Assembly (NCBI GenBank): GCA_964444075.1
Contig: CAYUFF010000003.1
Coordinates: 1 to 44,911, forward strand
Direction of reading: 5' to 3'
Source of the DNA: an uncultured archaeon
GTDB taxonomy: Archaea; Aenigmatarchaeota; Aenigmatarchaeia; CG10238-14; SCSR01
Length of the DNA stretch: 44,911 bases
In this document: positions 27,881 to 37,158 of the stretch, in pieces
Layout of the letters: each line of letters begins with the position of its first letter
Position numbering within the stretch: position 1 is the stretch's first letter
Position numbers and translations under genes: made by a program
Notes under the pieces: generated by a model
The model's database searches: none
Seen by the model: only the letters and a program-made list of their open reading frames with translations
What the model was told of the DNA's origin: nothing

Positions 27881-28287
27881 GAAGGATTCGCGTTAGGCGT
27901 CTAACACAACCTGCTGAGAGGTTGAAGAAATAGCTAGTTAAATAACCCATGTCAGCTATCAGCACGATAATGACGATGAGGCTAGGATACTCGCCTACTT
28001 TGTGAGATTTAGGTAAAATTTTTTACACACACCCTTAGCTACCGCTCTCTCAGCGAAGACGAAATAAAACGCGCCCATCCCTTTAACCCTTTACAATCCA
28101 AACAACGTAGAAATCAAGAACATAGCGATAACCGCTGAAATAAACAACAAGTACACGGGAAAGTAGAAACTTACATCAACGAAACCAAGAATCGACCAAA
28201 CCTTTCAACTTTAAGAAATTCTCGATAAGGCTCCCAGAAGGAACTCTAGAAAATGAGGTTGCATTTCGGAAGAATAAACTTGCTAAA

Positions 28288-28500
28288 TTATTCCCAAATG
28301 GTCAGGTGACACTTCCCGCAGTAATACCTCTTCTTCCCGTCCTTCTCCTTATGGACGGCCATGAAAGTGTCTCCACACCTCTTACACCTAACTCCGACTA
28401 CCTCAACCCTACCGTCTTCGGTAACCTTGTAGAACTTGCTTATCCTAACCGGCTTGTGCTTCACCACTCTTTTCACCCTCAGCTTCCTTACCCTTTTCAA
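28288..28500 (-). CDS. rps27ae: 30S ribosomal protein S27ae (likely start GTG near 28467)
   Basis: FYKV..CKRCG..FMAVH..RYYCGKCHLT; GAGGGTGA RBS just before the GTG at 28467. Confidence 0.93.
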   Translation of the reverse strand: MKRVRKLRVKRVVKHKPVRISKFYKVTEDGRVEVVGVRCKRCGDTFMAVHKEKDGKKRYYCGKCHLTIWE

Positions 28501-28765
28501 CAGCCTCGGCTTTTTCAGTAACCTTTTCCTCGACCTTGGGCTTTTCCTCCAGTATCTTAGCCTTGACGCTGGAAATTTGCGTCCCTTTGGAAGTCGCGAT
28601 CCTATCGATAACGACTTGCGAAACGTCTACATTAAAAATTTCGGCAAGCTTTTTCCTCACTTCTTCGCAACTCGGAGTTGGAGCATTGGGATGAGCTACC
28701 TCAGCTCTAATTTCCTTCCTCTTCAGCAATGGATTCTCCTTTTCTTCGAGAATCTTGACCTCCAT
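28445..28765 (-). CDS. rps24e: 30S ribosomal protein S24e
   Basis: EEKENPLLKRKEI..H..PTPS. Confidence 0.92.
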   Translation of the reverse strand: MEVKILEEKENPLLKRKEIRAEVAHPNAPTPSCEEVRKKLAEIFNVDVSQVVIDRIATSKGTQISSVKAKILEEKPKVEEKVTEKAEAVEKGKEAEGEKSGEAQAG

Positions 28766-28769
28766 CCGA

Positions 28770-28961
28770 TCACCCTACGTAGAGAGCATACTTACCCTTT
28801 TCCTCGATTCCCAAAAACTTAGCGAGCTCGCTATCCTCCGGCGATAAAACTACTACCAACCCCTTCCAGCTCGTCGACAAGTTAGTCGATTTGCAATAAG
28901 GGCAGATTTTTTCCGTGGTGAACCTCTTGCAGTTCCTGCAGACGTAAGTCCTCTTCACCAT
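28770..28961 (-). CDS. spt4: Transcription elongation factor Spt4 (RpoE'')
   Basis: CRNC..CPYC..SWKGLVVV..SELAK..GKYAL. Confidence 0.95.
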   Translation of the reverse strand: MVKRTYVCRNCKRFTTEKICPYCKSTNLSTSWKGLVVVLSPEDSELAKFLGIEEKGKYALYVG

Positions 28962-28994
28962 AACTAAAAATCTGAAAGCTTGAGGTTAAAAATC

Positions 28995-29819
28995 TTACCC
29001 TACTTTTTTTGCTTTTTGCCAAATGACCTCGAACAGCGGCTGGAAAACCCTTTCCGCGGCATGCTCGCTCCTTGACCAAATAGCTAGGTGCTGACTTGGA
29101 TCTACCTTGTGGTCAGTGAGGGAAAGCAACAACTGCTTTCTGTCGACGGTACAGAACCCTCCTGCGATCGGAAGCTCTTTCTCGTTAACCGACCTTATCT
29201 CAGCGACGCCGCTCAAAGCTTTTATAGCATCGCTACAACCTTCGTTGATAACACTAGCTATCCTTATGTTAACGCCCCTGTCTTTGAGGGTTTTCAGCAG
29301 AGTAAAGTGATGCTCCGCGAGGTCCCTCAGCCCGTGAGGATCCGTAAGTATGCTTATCTCTCGCTCAGCTCCCTTGAACATGTTCGACATCTGTTGGTTC
29401 ACGGTAAACTTTCCTTTGAGTGCTCCCGTAAGCTCCTCAGGTTCGACGAGCTTCAAACCTTTTTCGTAAAGCTTTTCCAGCTCCTCGATTATCGGAGATT
29501 CTAAAATCTCATCTATCCTGCTCATCGCCTCCCTCATCTTCTCCTCAATCTTTTTCTTAGCTCTCTCCAGCGCTTCTCTGGGAGAAAGGGCGACAAACCT
29601 CAGTGGCCTCGCGGTTTGGATTACTATGAATCCCTTTTCCGCGAGGCTTTCCAGCGTGTCGTAGGTCCTGCTCCTCGGAACTCTAGTAAGCTGAGACAGC
29701 TCACCGGCCGTAGAAACACCCCTAGCCAAAAGGGCTACCCAAAGCTTTCTCTCGTAAAGGTTCAATCCTATGGTCTTGAGAGCGTCCATCACCTTTCTCG
29801 GAAACTCCATCCACACCAC
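28995..29819 (-). CDS. TrmB-family (TrmBL2-like) regulator/chromatin protein
   Basis: GLNLYERKLWVALL..AGELS..VPRSRTYDTLESLAEKGF wHTH, coiled coil, PLD-like C-terminal domain. Confidence 0.9.
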   Translation of the reverse strand: MVWMEFPRKVMDALKTIGLNLYERKLWVALLARGVSTAGELSQLTRVPRSRTYDTLESLAEKGFIVIQTARPLRFVALSPREALERAKKKIEEKMREAMSRIDEILESPIIEELEKLYEKGLKLVEPEELTGALKGKFTVNQQMSNMFKGAEREISILTDPHGLRDLAEHHFTLLKTLKDRGVNIRIASVINEGCSDAIKALSGVAEIRSVNEKELPIAGGFCTVDRKQLLLSLTDHKVDPSQHLAIWSRSEHAAERVFQPLFEVIWQKAKKVG

Positions 29820-29873
29820 CTTTTACCACTTCACGCTAATAATTTTTAAAGGAGTGATAACTTTAAGAATTTT

Positions 29874-30737
29874 ATGGTCGTGCCGAAGTTCGGAACCGCG
29901 GTATGGTACGGAGATGGTAACCTAGCGAAGATTTTCGAGCAGAGGAAGAAGCTCGGCTTCGACTACGCGGAAGTTTCGCTGGAATATCCCTTCTACCCTT
30001 CGCGAAAACTCTACCTAACTCTCAACAAGCTGAGGAAGGAATTCTCGATGCAGCTAGCTTTCCACCTTCCGATAAGCGAGCTCAACGTAGCACATCCTGC
30101 TGACGAAGTTTCGGATTTTTCTCTTGGTTTGGCAGAAAGGTTTATCGGTTGGTGCGGCGACTTAGAACCTTTGTACGTGAACCTCCACCTTCACGCCACG
30201 AGCTCTTCCGTCAAGCTGGAAGACATCAGAAAACTCTGCCTGAAAAAAGCCGAAAAAATCGTGAGGAGGCTTGCAAAACTCTCCAAGGAAAATAACTTGA
30301 CCGTCACGTGGGAAAACGGGACCTACGGCTTGGGTAACAGGCTTTCGGACTGGAAGTACCTTAAGGAGAAATGTGGAAAAAGGCTTAGGGTTTGCCTTGA
30401 TGTTGGCCATATAAGCTTGATTAGCCTGAGAAAAGGTCTTTCTACGGAAGCTACGGAGAAGGAAATCGTCAAGTGGATGAAAGCGTTGCGCGATAACATC
30501 GTCGCCCTACACTTTCACAACGTCAGGAAGCTGAAGGCTAGCGTCAGGGACCATCTCTCTGCGTTTAGCGGTGAGCTTAACTCGGAACGGATTTTAGAAG
30601 TTGCCAAAGAAAGGTTGAGGTTAAGGGCTGTTCTTGTAGAGACCTTCTACTACTTGAAGGACGGAAAAAGCAAGAGGATTACTCGCGAGGAGCTCAAGAA
30701 AAATTTGAAATTCGTTAAGGAGGTGTGGAAAGGATGA
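29874..30737 (+). CDS. Sugar phosphate isomerase/epimerase / AP endonuclease family 2 TIM barrel
   Basis: FHLP, NLH, WEN, CLDVGH, LHFHN, RDHL, LVE metal ligands. Confidence 0.85.
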   Translation: MVVPKFGTAVWYGDGNLAKIFEQRKKLGFDYAEVSLEYPFYPSRKLYLTLNKLRKEFSMQLAFHLPISELNVAHPADEVSDFSLGLAERFIGWCGDLEPLYVNLHLHATSSSVKLEDIRKLCLKKAEKIVRRLAKLSKENNLTVTWENGTYGLGNRLSDWKYLKEKCGKRLRVCLDVGHISLISLRKGLSTEATEKEIVKWMKALRDNIVALHFHNVRKLKASVRDHLSAFSGELNSERILEVAKERLRLRAVLVETFYYLKDGKSKRITREELKKNLKFVKEVWKG

Positions 30738-32017
30738 AGCTCGCCTTTCTTGGAGCGATGGGAACCGTCGGTTGCTCGGCGGTATTCGTTAGCGGGGGTA
30801 GCGGAAGCCTTTTGTTGGATTACGGGACCAGGCCTAGAGAGATTCCGCCGAAATTTCCTCTCGAAGTACCTTCGAAGCCTGAAGCAATCTTGCTTTCCCA
30901 CTGCCATCTCGATCACTCTGGAGCGCTACCGCTTTTCTACACTTCCACCAGCGATAACCTGCCTAAAACTTACGGAATCGGCGTTACCAAACCGTTGACC
31001 AAGCTCCTTTTGCTGGATGCGATAAAGGTTACTAGAGAGGAGGGTGTTGAGCTTCCATTCCAAGAGAAGGACATAGAGCTCCTGACGAAGCATTACGAGA
31101 GCTTACCTTACGGAAAAAGATTCGAGGTTGGCGGATTTGAAATCGAATTCTTGAACGCAGGCCACATCCCAGGCTCAGCGATGTGCCTGATTAGCTACGA
31201 GGGAAAAAACGTTCTTTATACCGGAGATTTCAACACGAGGAAAACAAGGCTTGTGGAGGAATGCAAGGTAAAGGAAATCGTGAAGAGATGTAGCGTCGAT
31301 GTGTTGATAACTGAGTCGACCTACAGCGATAGGGACCACCCGCCTAGGAGAAAGCAAGAAAAGGAGCTGGTGAGGATAATCGAGGAAACTCTCGCTAACG
31401 ATGGCATCGCCTTGGTAGCGGGTTTTGCCGTAGGAAGGATAGCTGAAATTTTGCTTGTCCTCGATGCCCACGGAATCGATTATCCGCTTTTCATCGATGG
31501 AATGGCAAAGAAAGCCATGACCATCGTCAACCGCTATCCTCAGTTTTTGAAGGAAGAAGATTCCTTGGACAGAGCTCTGGAGAAAGTTACCTACGTGAAC
31601 GGGCAAAGGATGAGGAAAAGGATAGTGAAGGAACCCTGCGTGATTTTAACGACTAGCGGAATGCTTCAAGGTGGTCCTGTGGTTTACTACTTGCAAAAGC
31701 TTCACAAGCAAGAAAAGAACAGTTTAATTCTAACGGGCTGGCAACTCGACGGGACCCCTGGAAAAATCCTGTTGGAAACTGGTAGGTATATCAACGAGAA
31801 GTTAGGACTGGATTTCGAGGTGAAGATGCTGGTAAGGAGATTAGATTTCAGCGCTCACGCGGGCAGAAAAGAGCTTTTCGAATTCGTAGAAAAACTCTCA
31901 CCGCAAAAGGTTTTTTGCGTTCACGGAGACCATACGCAAGAGTTTGCGGAAGAGTTGAAGGAAAGGGGCTACGATGCGATCGCTCCCCTAGGAAGCGAGA
32001 GGTGCTTCGACGTTTAA
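30734..32017 (+). CDS. MBL-fold beta-CASP ribonuclease (no KH domains)
   Basis: SHCHLDH, AGHIPGS, YTGD, ESTY, TSGML, FSAHA, VHGD; ATGA overlap with the upstream gene. Confidence 0.92.
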   Translation: MKLAFLGAMGTVGCSAVFVSGGSGSLLLDYGTRPREIPPKFPLEVPSKPEAILLSHCHLDHSGALPLFYTSTSDNLPKTYGIGVTKPLTKLLLLDAIKVTREEGVELPFQEKDIELLTKHYESLPYGKRFEVGGFEIEFLNAGHIPGSAMCLISYEGKNVLYTGDFNTRKTRLVEECKVKEIVKRCSVDVLITESTYSDRDHPPRRKQEKELVRIIEETLANDGIALVAGFAVGRIAEILLVLDAHGIDYPLFIDGMAKKAMTIVNRYPQFLKEEDSLDRALEKVTYVNGQRMRKRIVKEPCVILTTSGMLQGGPVVYYLQKLHKQEKNSLILTGWQLDGTPGKILLETGRYINEKLGLDFEVKMLVRRLDFSAHAGRKELFEFVEKLSPQKVFCVHGDHTQEFAEELKERGYDAIAPLGSERCFDV

Positions 32018-32104
32018 GCTTGATGGACCCATGAAAAACTTGTAAGTTTTGAGCGCTTTCCGCTCCTCATAGCAACGTGTTTAGTGGTTTTAGGTTATGT
32101 AAAC

Positions 32105-33391
32105 TTACCAACGTAGTAACCATTTCCACAATGGAACAAACTTTATCTTCCTTCCTTTAACGCTTTTCTCCCCCTCGTAATCCCAAGTTACGCACAACAA
32201 ATTCCTACATTTCAACCTTTCGGAAGCTTCCATCAAACCTTTAATTTCCCTTTCCATCGTCCCGAAATCGGAAACGTCGTAGCAAACCTGAATGAGCTGC
32301 TCAACTCTTTTACCCTCTACAACGACGAAGTCAACCTCATAGTTATCGGAGTAGTAATAAATCGTCTTACCTCTTCTCTTGAGTTCTACGAAAACGAGGT
32401 TTTCCATCAGTTTGCCTTTATCCCTTATTCCGTTGACGTACAAAATTCCGTTGTCGACTAAATACACCTTTGGAAGTGTTTGCTCCGATTTCCTCAAGGA
32501 ATAAGAAAACTTGTGGGCAGAAAAGACGAAGAAAACGTCCTTCAACGCTTCGAGATATTCGTAGAGAGTTGTCTTGCCAACCTTAATTCCCTGAGATTTC
32601 AGAAAGTTGTGAAACTTGTGGACAGAGAAGAGCTTGGTTGCAGAATCCATCAGAGAGGCTATGAGCAACCTGAGCGCTTTAACATTCTTAACCTTATACC
32701 TTTCCATCACGTCTCTGTAAATCGTCGTTTCTACAATTTCCGTGATTATTTTTTCCCTTTCCTCCGGATAGAGAATCGTCTCGGGATAACCACCAAAATT
32801 TAGATATTCTTTCAACTCTCTCATTATCATCGCTTTTTCTTTCGAAGATAGGTATCTCTTTGGTTCCATGTCTTTAGCTCGTAGAAATTCTGCGAAAGAA
32901 AATGGAAGAACAGCGTAGGTTAGAGACCTTCCCCTTAATTGAGTCGCTATTTCCCTCGATAAAAACTTTGAACTTGAACCTGAGACAAAAACATTGATAC
33001 CCTCTTCGAGCAAAGTTCTTACCCAAGTTTCCCAACCTTCGATGTTTTGAATTTCGTCAAGGAAAAACCACACTTTTTTCTCCTTATTCTCAGGGTAAAT
33101 TTCGAAATAAGTTTCCTTGACGAGGTCCAAATCTCCTAGAGACAGACTCTTCAGGACGGTTAGCTCAAAATTCAGGTACAAGATTTGGGTTATATCATAT
33201 TTCTCCAAAAGTCTTTTCATTATTTGGAACATCGAATAAGTTTTCCCCGCCCTTCTAGGTCCTATTATCGCCACAGCCCTTTTTATGGGAATTTCAGAAG
33301 GTATTTGCAAATCCCTTTCCACAAGCCAAGGAATACCTTTTTCGTGAAAATCTCTTATTACAGTTGCTATTCTTTCTTTGGTTATCATCAA
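32105..33391 (-). CDS. AAA_14 ATPase with DUF4143 C-terminal nuclease-like domain
   Basis: GPRRAGKT, FLDEIQ, SGSSS, LRGR, GGYPE, KVYLVDNG, MENLV, EVDFV..LIQV. Confidence 0.92.
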   Translation of the reverse strand: MMITKERIATVIRDFHEKGIPWLVERDLQIPSEIPIKRAVAIIGPRRAGKTYSMFQIMKRLLEKYDITQILYLNFELTVLKSLSLGDLDLVKETYFEIYPENKEKKVWFFLDEIQNIEGWETWVRTLLEEGINVFVSGSSSKFLSREIATQLRGRSLTYAVLPFSFAEFLRAKDMEPKRYLSSKEKAMIMRELKEYLNFGGYPETILYPEEREKIITEIVETTIYRDVMERYKVKNVKALRLLIASLMDSATKLFSVHKFHNFLKSQGIKVGKTTLYEYLEALKDVFFVFSAHKFSYSLRKSEQTLPKVYLVDNGILYVNGIRDKGKLMENLVFVELKRRGKTIYYYSDNYEVDFVVVEGKRVEQLIQVCYDVSDFGTMEREIKGLMEASERLKCRNLLCVTWDYEGEKSVKGRKIKFVPLWKWLLRW

Positions 33392-33665
33392 GTACTATAT
33401 AGAGGGAAATTTTTAAAAAAAGTTTCCCTGTCTACTGTCTACTACTACCAAGGCATTATCCAACCTTGAGAACCTTGCTAAGCAATCAAAATTTCACAGA
33501 AGCTGTCGAATGAGGATGTCACGTAGCAATTCATAACAATTCACACCTCTAGTTACCATTTTTTTACTCTCATGGTTGAGCGATTATCCTATCGAGTTTG
33601 CATTTGAGTTGTGAGTTTTGGGTTTTGAGAAAACCTTTTTATTTTTCTTTTTCAAAATAAACCTC

Positions 33666-34787
33666 ATGGGAAGGAAGACGAGAAAAACTAAAAAGAAAGA
33701 CTTGGACCTGGATATCAAAGGGGAAAACGTCTCTAAACATGTTCTCAAGGTTCACGACACGGACGAAGAGCTCAGGAAAGTAATAGCCGAAAGCAAACCA
33801 AAGATAAAGGTCGTTGGCACTGGAGGAGCTGGATGCAACACGATAACGAGGCTGATGGAAGTCGGAATCGAGGGCGTGGAAACGATAGCAGTTAATACAG
33901 ATGCCCTCGACTTGCTCCATTCGAAAGCTCACAAGAAAGTGTTGATAGGAAGAAGTTTGACTCACGGACTAGGTGCTGGAGCAAACCCAAAGAAAGGTTA
34001 TGAAGCCGCGCAGGAAAGCAAGGAGAAGTTGAAGGAAGTGCTGAGGGATGCGGATATGGTGTTCTTGACTTGTGGCTTGGGAGGAGGAACGGGCACGGGA
34101 AGCATGCCTGTAATTGCAGAGATGGCTAAGAGGGAAGGTGCTTTGGTAGTAGGAGTTGTCACGCTTCCATTTTCCATGGAAGGAAGGGAAAGGATGAAGA
34201 ACGCCAGGGAAGGCGTAGAGAAGCTTGAAAAGCTCGTCGATACGTTGATAGTGATTCCCAACGACAAGCTGCTGGAGCTAGCTCCTGATGCAACGCTCCA
34301 GCAAGCGTTCAGGATGTGTGACGAAATTTTGATTAGCGCCGTCAAGGGAATAGCGGAGCTCGTTACCAAGCCTGGGTTGATAAACAGAGACTACGCAGAC
34401 GTGAGAGCTGTCATGGAAAACGGCGGGCTCGCGATGATAGGCGTCGGTGAGAGCGACACGGATAATAGGGCTATAGATTCCGTGAGGAAAGCCATCAACA
34501 ACCCACTGCTCAGCGTTGATATAAAGGATGCTAAAGGAGCTCTCATCCACATAGTGAGCGGTCCTAACATCAAGATAACAGAAGCTCAGCAAATCGTCGA
34601 GAGTATTTCATCCCAACTTTCCCCAGAAGCGAAAATACTATGGGGAGCCTCGATAGACGAAAGCCTCGGGGATAAGATAAGGACCATCCTCGTAGTAACG
34701 GGGATAAACTCTCCGCAAATACTCGGGAAAGGGAGCGAGGGAGCGAGGGAGATGGAAAAGCTTTTAAATATAAGAGTCGTAGAATAG
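33666..34787 (+). CDS. ftsZ: Cell division protein FtsZ
   Basis: VGTGGAGCN, NTD, GAGANP, GGGTGTG, INRDYAD T7 loop. Confidence 0.97.
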   Translation: MGRKTRKTKKKDLDLDIKGENVSKHVLKVHDTDEELRKVIAESKPKIKVVGTGGAGCNTITRLMEVGIEGVETIAVNTDALDLLHSKAHKKVLIGRSLTHGLGAGANPKKGYEAAQESKEKLKEVLRDADMVFLTCGLGGGTGTGSMPVIAEMAKREGALVVGVVTLPFSMEGRERMKNAREGVEKLEKLVDTLIVIPNDKLLELAPDATLQQAFRMCDEILISAVKGIAELVTKPGLINRDYADVRAVMENGGLAMIGVGESDTDNRAIDSVRKAINNPLLSVDIKDAKGALIHIVSGPNIKITEAQQIVESISSQLSPEAKILWGASIDESLGDKIRTILVVTGINSPQILGKGSEGAREMEKLLNIRVVE

Positions 34788-34793
34788 TGATTA

Positions 34794-34973
34794 ATGAGGC
34801 TCGTCGAGAGACTAGCGGAGAAGCTGGGTTGCTACAGGAGGGTGTTGACGGCGTGCAGGAAGCCCGATAGGGAGGAGTTCGTTGGCTACTTGAAAGAGTG
34901 CTTGGTCGGGACGTTGATAATAGGTTTAATAGGCTTCCTCTTTTATCTAATCTTCGCGGTGGTGAGCCTATGA
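34794..34973 (+). CDS. secE: Protein translocase subunit SecE/Sec61-gamma (59 aa, absent from the ORF track)
   Basis: Manual translation MRLVERLAEKLGCYRRVLTACRKPDREEF...GTLIIGLIGFLFYLIF; canonical ftsZ-secE-spt5 position. Confidence 0.92.
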   Translation: MRLVERLAEKLGCYRRVLTACRKPDREEFVGYLKECLVGTLIIGLIGFLFYLIFAVVSL

Positions 34974-35413
34974 TTTACACGGTAAAGACGGTCGTCGGGA
35001 GGGAGGACGCGGTCCTGGACGCGATAGCTACGAGAGCCCAAACGCAGGGACTTAACATAAAGGCCTTAATCCACCCAGAAGAGATCAAGGGATACATCTT
35101 CGTGGAAGGGGAGCTCGACGACATCCTCAAGGCGATGGGCGGTGTTCCACACGTGAGGGGGGTAATCAAAAAACCGATCGAGATAAAGGAGATTGAAAGG
35201 TTCTTGAAGCCGAAAGTCGAGGAAATCGAGCTGGGTGTAGGCGACGTCGTGGAGGTTATCGGAGGTCCTTTCAAGGGTGAAAGGGGAAGGATTACTAAGT
35301 ACGACAAGGTTAAGGGTGAGGTGACGCTGGAACTGTTGGAGGTTTCCGTGCCTATTCCGGTTACGGTTTCTGCCGAGTTCGTGAAGCTCGTGGAGAGGAA
35401 GGGGAAGGAGTAA
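34970..35413 (+). CDS. spt5: Transcription elongation factor Spt5/NusG
   Basis: MIYTVKTVVGRE..KGYIFVE NGN domain and GDVVEVIGGPFKG KOW domain; ATGA overlap with secE. Confidence 0.96.
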   Translation: MIYTVKTVVGREDAVLDAIATRAQTQGLNIKALIHPEEIKGYIFVEGELDDILKAMGGVPHVRGVIKKPIEIKEIERFLKPKVEEIELGVGDVVEVIGGPFKGERGRITKYDKVKGEVTLELLEVSVPIPVTVSAEFVKLVERKGKE

Positions 35414-35425
35414 CGGCGTGGGACC

Positions 35426-35713
35426 ATGGCGAAGGTTTCGGAACTCATCAAGAAGGAGCTCAAGGTTGAAAAGGTAAAGCTCGATGAAAGCGAGAAGGCG
35501 AAGGGAAAGGAAAGCGTAGGCGACCTGAAGATGGAGCAGGTCGTCAAGATAGCCAGAGAAAAGATGGGTGACATGATGGTCGGCAGCCTGAAAGCCGCTG
35601 TGAAGACGGTCTTGGGAAGTATGGTGAGCATGCCCGTTACCGTGGAAGGGAAGAAGCCGAAGGAAATTTTGAGGGAGGTAGAGGATGGTAAGTGGGACGA
35701 GGTGATAAAATAG
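35426..35713 (+). CDS. rpl11: 50S ribosomal protein L11, C-terminal RNA-binding domain only
   Basis: SELIKKEL..VGDLKMEQVVKIA..LKAAVKTVLGS..SMPVTVEGK.P; canonical position. Confidence 0.9.
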   Translation: MAKVSELIKKELKVEKVKLDESEKAKGKESVGDLKMEQVVKIAREKMGDMMVGSLKAAVKTVLGSMVSMPVTVEGKKPKEILREVEDGKWDEVIK

Positions 35714-35767
35714 TTTTAAAGCATCGCCGCTAATCTTTATAAGTTCGAAGGTTCGAGGGGTGACGAC

Positions 35768-36394
35768 GTGTTCGAAAAGGAGGAGCTGAAGGAAGCCATA
35801 AAGAAAGTGAGGGAAAGTTCCAAGAAGAGAAACTTTGTACAGAGCGTCGAGCTCATCGTCAACCTCAAGGACCTCGACCTGAAAAAGCCGGAGAACAGGA
35901 TGAACGAGGTCGTTTTTTTACCCAAGGGAAGGGGGAAGGAAGCTAAGGTAGTCTTGTTCAGCGACAGCATCAAGGAAGCGGAGTGCGAGATTCTCAGTAG
36001 CAAAGAAATAGAGCTCCTCGCGAAGAACAAGAGGGAGGCGAAAAAGCTCGCTAACAAGACCGACTTTTTCCTGGCGGAGCCTGTTTTGATGCCGGTAGTG
36101 GGTAGGTACCTCGGAATAGTCTTGGGTCCTCGCGGTAAGATGCCGAAGGTAGTGAGCGGGGACGTCAACGCGATGGTAAGAAGCCTGAAGAACTCGGTGA
36201 GGATAAAGGTGAAAGATAACCCTACAGTGCAGTGTATGATCGGGACGGAGGGTATGGGGGATGAAGAGTTGGCAGAAAATGCTCTCGCTGTGTTAAAATT
36301 TTTGGAGGAGAAGCTCCCCAAGGGAAGGAAAAACGTAAGGAACGTGCTCGTAAAGTTTACGATGTCTAAACCTGTAAAGGTAGGTAAGGGTTGA
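35768..36394 (+). CDS. rpl1: 50S ribosomal protein L1
   Basis: KKRNFVQSVELIVNLK, LGPRGKMP, KFTM. Confidence 0.96.
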   Translation: MFEKEELKEAIKKVRESSKKRNFVQSVELIVNLKDLDLKKPENRMNEVVFLPKGRGKEAKVVLFSDSIKEAECEILSSKEIELLAKNKREAKKLANKTDFFLAEPVLMPVVGRYLGIVLGPRGKMPKVVSGDVNAMVRSLKNSVRIKVKDNPTVQCMIGTEGMGDEELAENALAVLKFLEEKLPKGRKNVRNVLVKFTMSKPVKVGKG

Positions 36395-36398
36395 GAGG

Positions 36399-37157
36399 GT
36401 GGTCAAAGAGGAGAAGGTGAGGGAGGTCGAAAGGGTACTGGACCTAATAAACTCCCACAGGACCATCGGGATAATAGACCTTCACAGGATGCCAACAAGG
36501 GAACTGAAGGAGATAAAGAGGAAGCTTAAGGATAAGACCGTCGTCACCGTCACCAAGAAAACGCTCTTCAAGATAGCGATTGAAAGGTCCGGTAAGAAGA
36601 ACCTGGAAAAGCTCATCGACTACTTTCCGGCATACATGGGCCTCGTTTTCAGCAACCTCGATGCCTTCAAGACGTTCAAGCTTGTTAAAGAAATGAAATC
36701 CGCCACCTTCGCCAGGGAGGGCGACGTCGCCGAGAAAGATATAGAGGTCAAGGCTGGTCCGACAAACTTGAGTCCTGGACCTGTAATCGGAGAGCTTAAC
36801 AAGGTCGGCCTTCCCGTAGGAATAGAAGGAGGAAGGATAGTCGTCAAGAAAGATACCGTCTTGGTGAAAGCCGGGGAAACGATCTCGAAGGAAGTGGCGA
36901 GCGTGCTGCAAAAGCTCGGAATTCCAGCGAAGGAAATAGGGCTTAAGGTGCAAGCGTTGTACGAGGATGGTGAGGTTTATCCGAAAGACATTCTCGAGCT
37001 CGTCGGAGAGCCTATGGTCGAGGAAATGAGGAAGGCGATAAACAGGGCGATAAATCTCTCCATAGCCATCGAATACCCAACGAAAGAAACTGTAGGCTTT
37101 TTATTTGCGAAGGCTTATAATATTGCTAAGTTTATAAAAGAAAGGGTCGGTGGTTAG
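36399..37157 (+). CDS. rpl10: 50S ribosomal protein L10 (P0), C-terminally short
   Basis: KKTLF, AGPTNLSPGP insertion domain, LQKLGI, AINLSIAIEYPTKET. Confidence 0.93.
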   Translation: MVKEEKVREVERVLDLINSHRTIGIIDLHRMPTRELKEIKRKLKDKTVVTVTKKTLFKIAIERSGKKNLEKLIDYFPAYMGLVFSNLDAFKTFKLVKEMKSATFAREGDVAEKDIEVKAGPTNLSPGPVIGELNKVGLPVGIEGGRIVVKKDTVLVKAGETISKEVASVLQKLGIPAKEIGLKVQALYEDGEVYPKDILELVGEPMVEEMRKAINRAINLSIAIEYPTKETVGFLFAKAYNIAKFIKERVGG

Positions 37158-37158
37158 G

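Noticed and set aside
27910-28260. Degraded membrane-protein gene
   Set aside because: Only short hydrophobic fragments with several stops; cannot be supported.
34970-35713. Spt5-uL11 readthrough fusion
   Set aside because: The genes are in the same frame but separated by TAA; Spt5 is complete and rpl11 has its own ATG.
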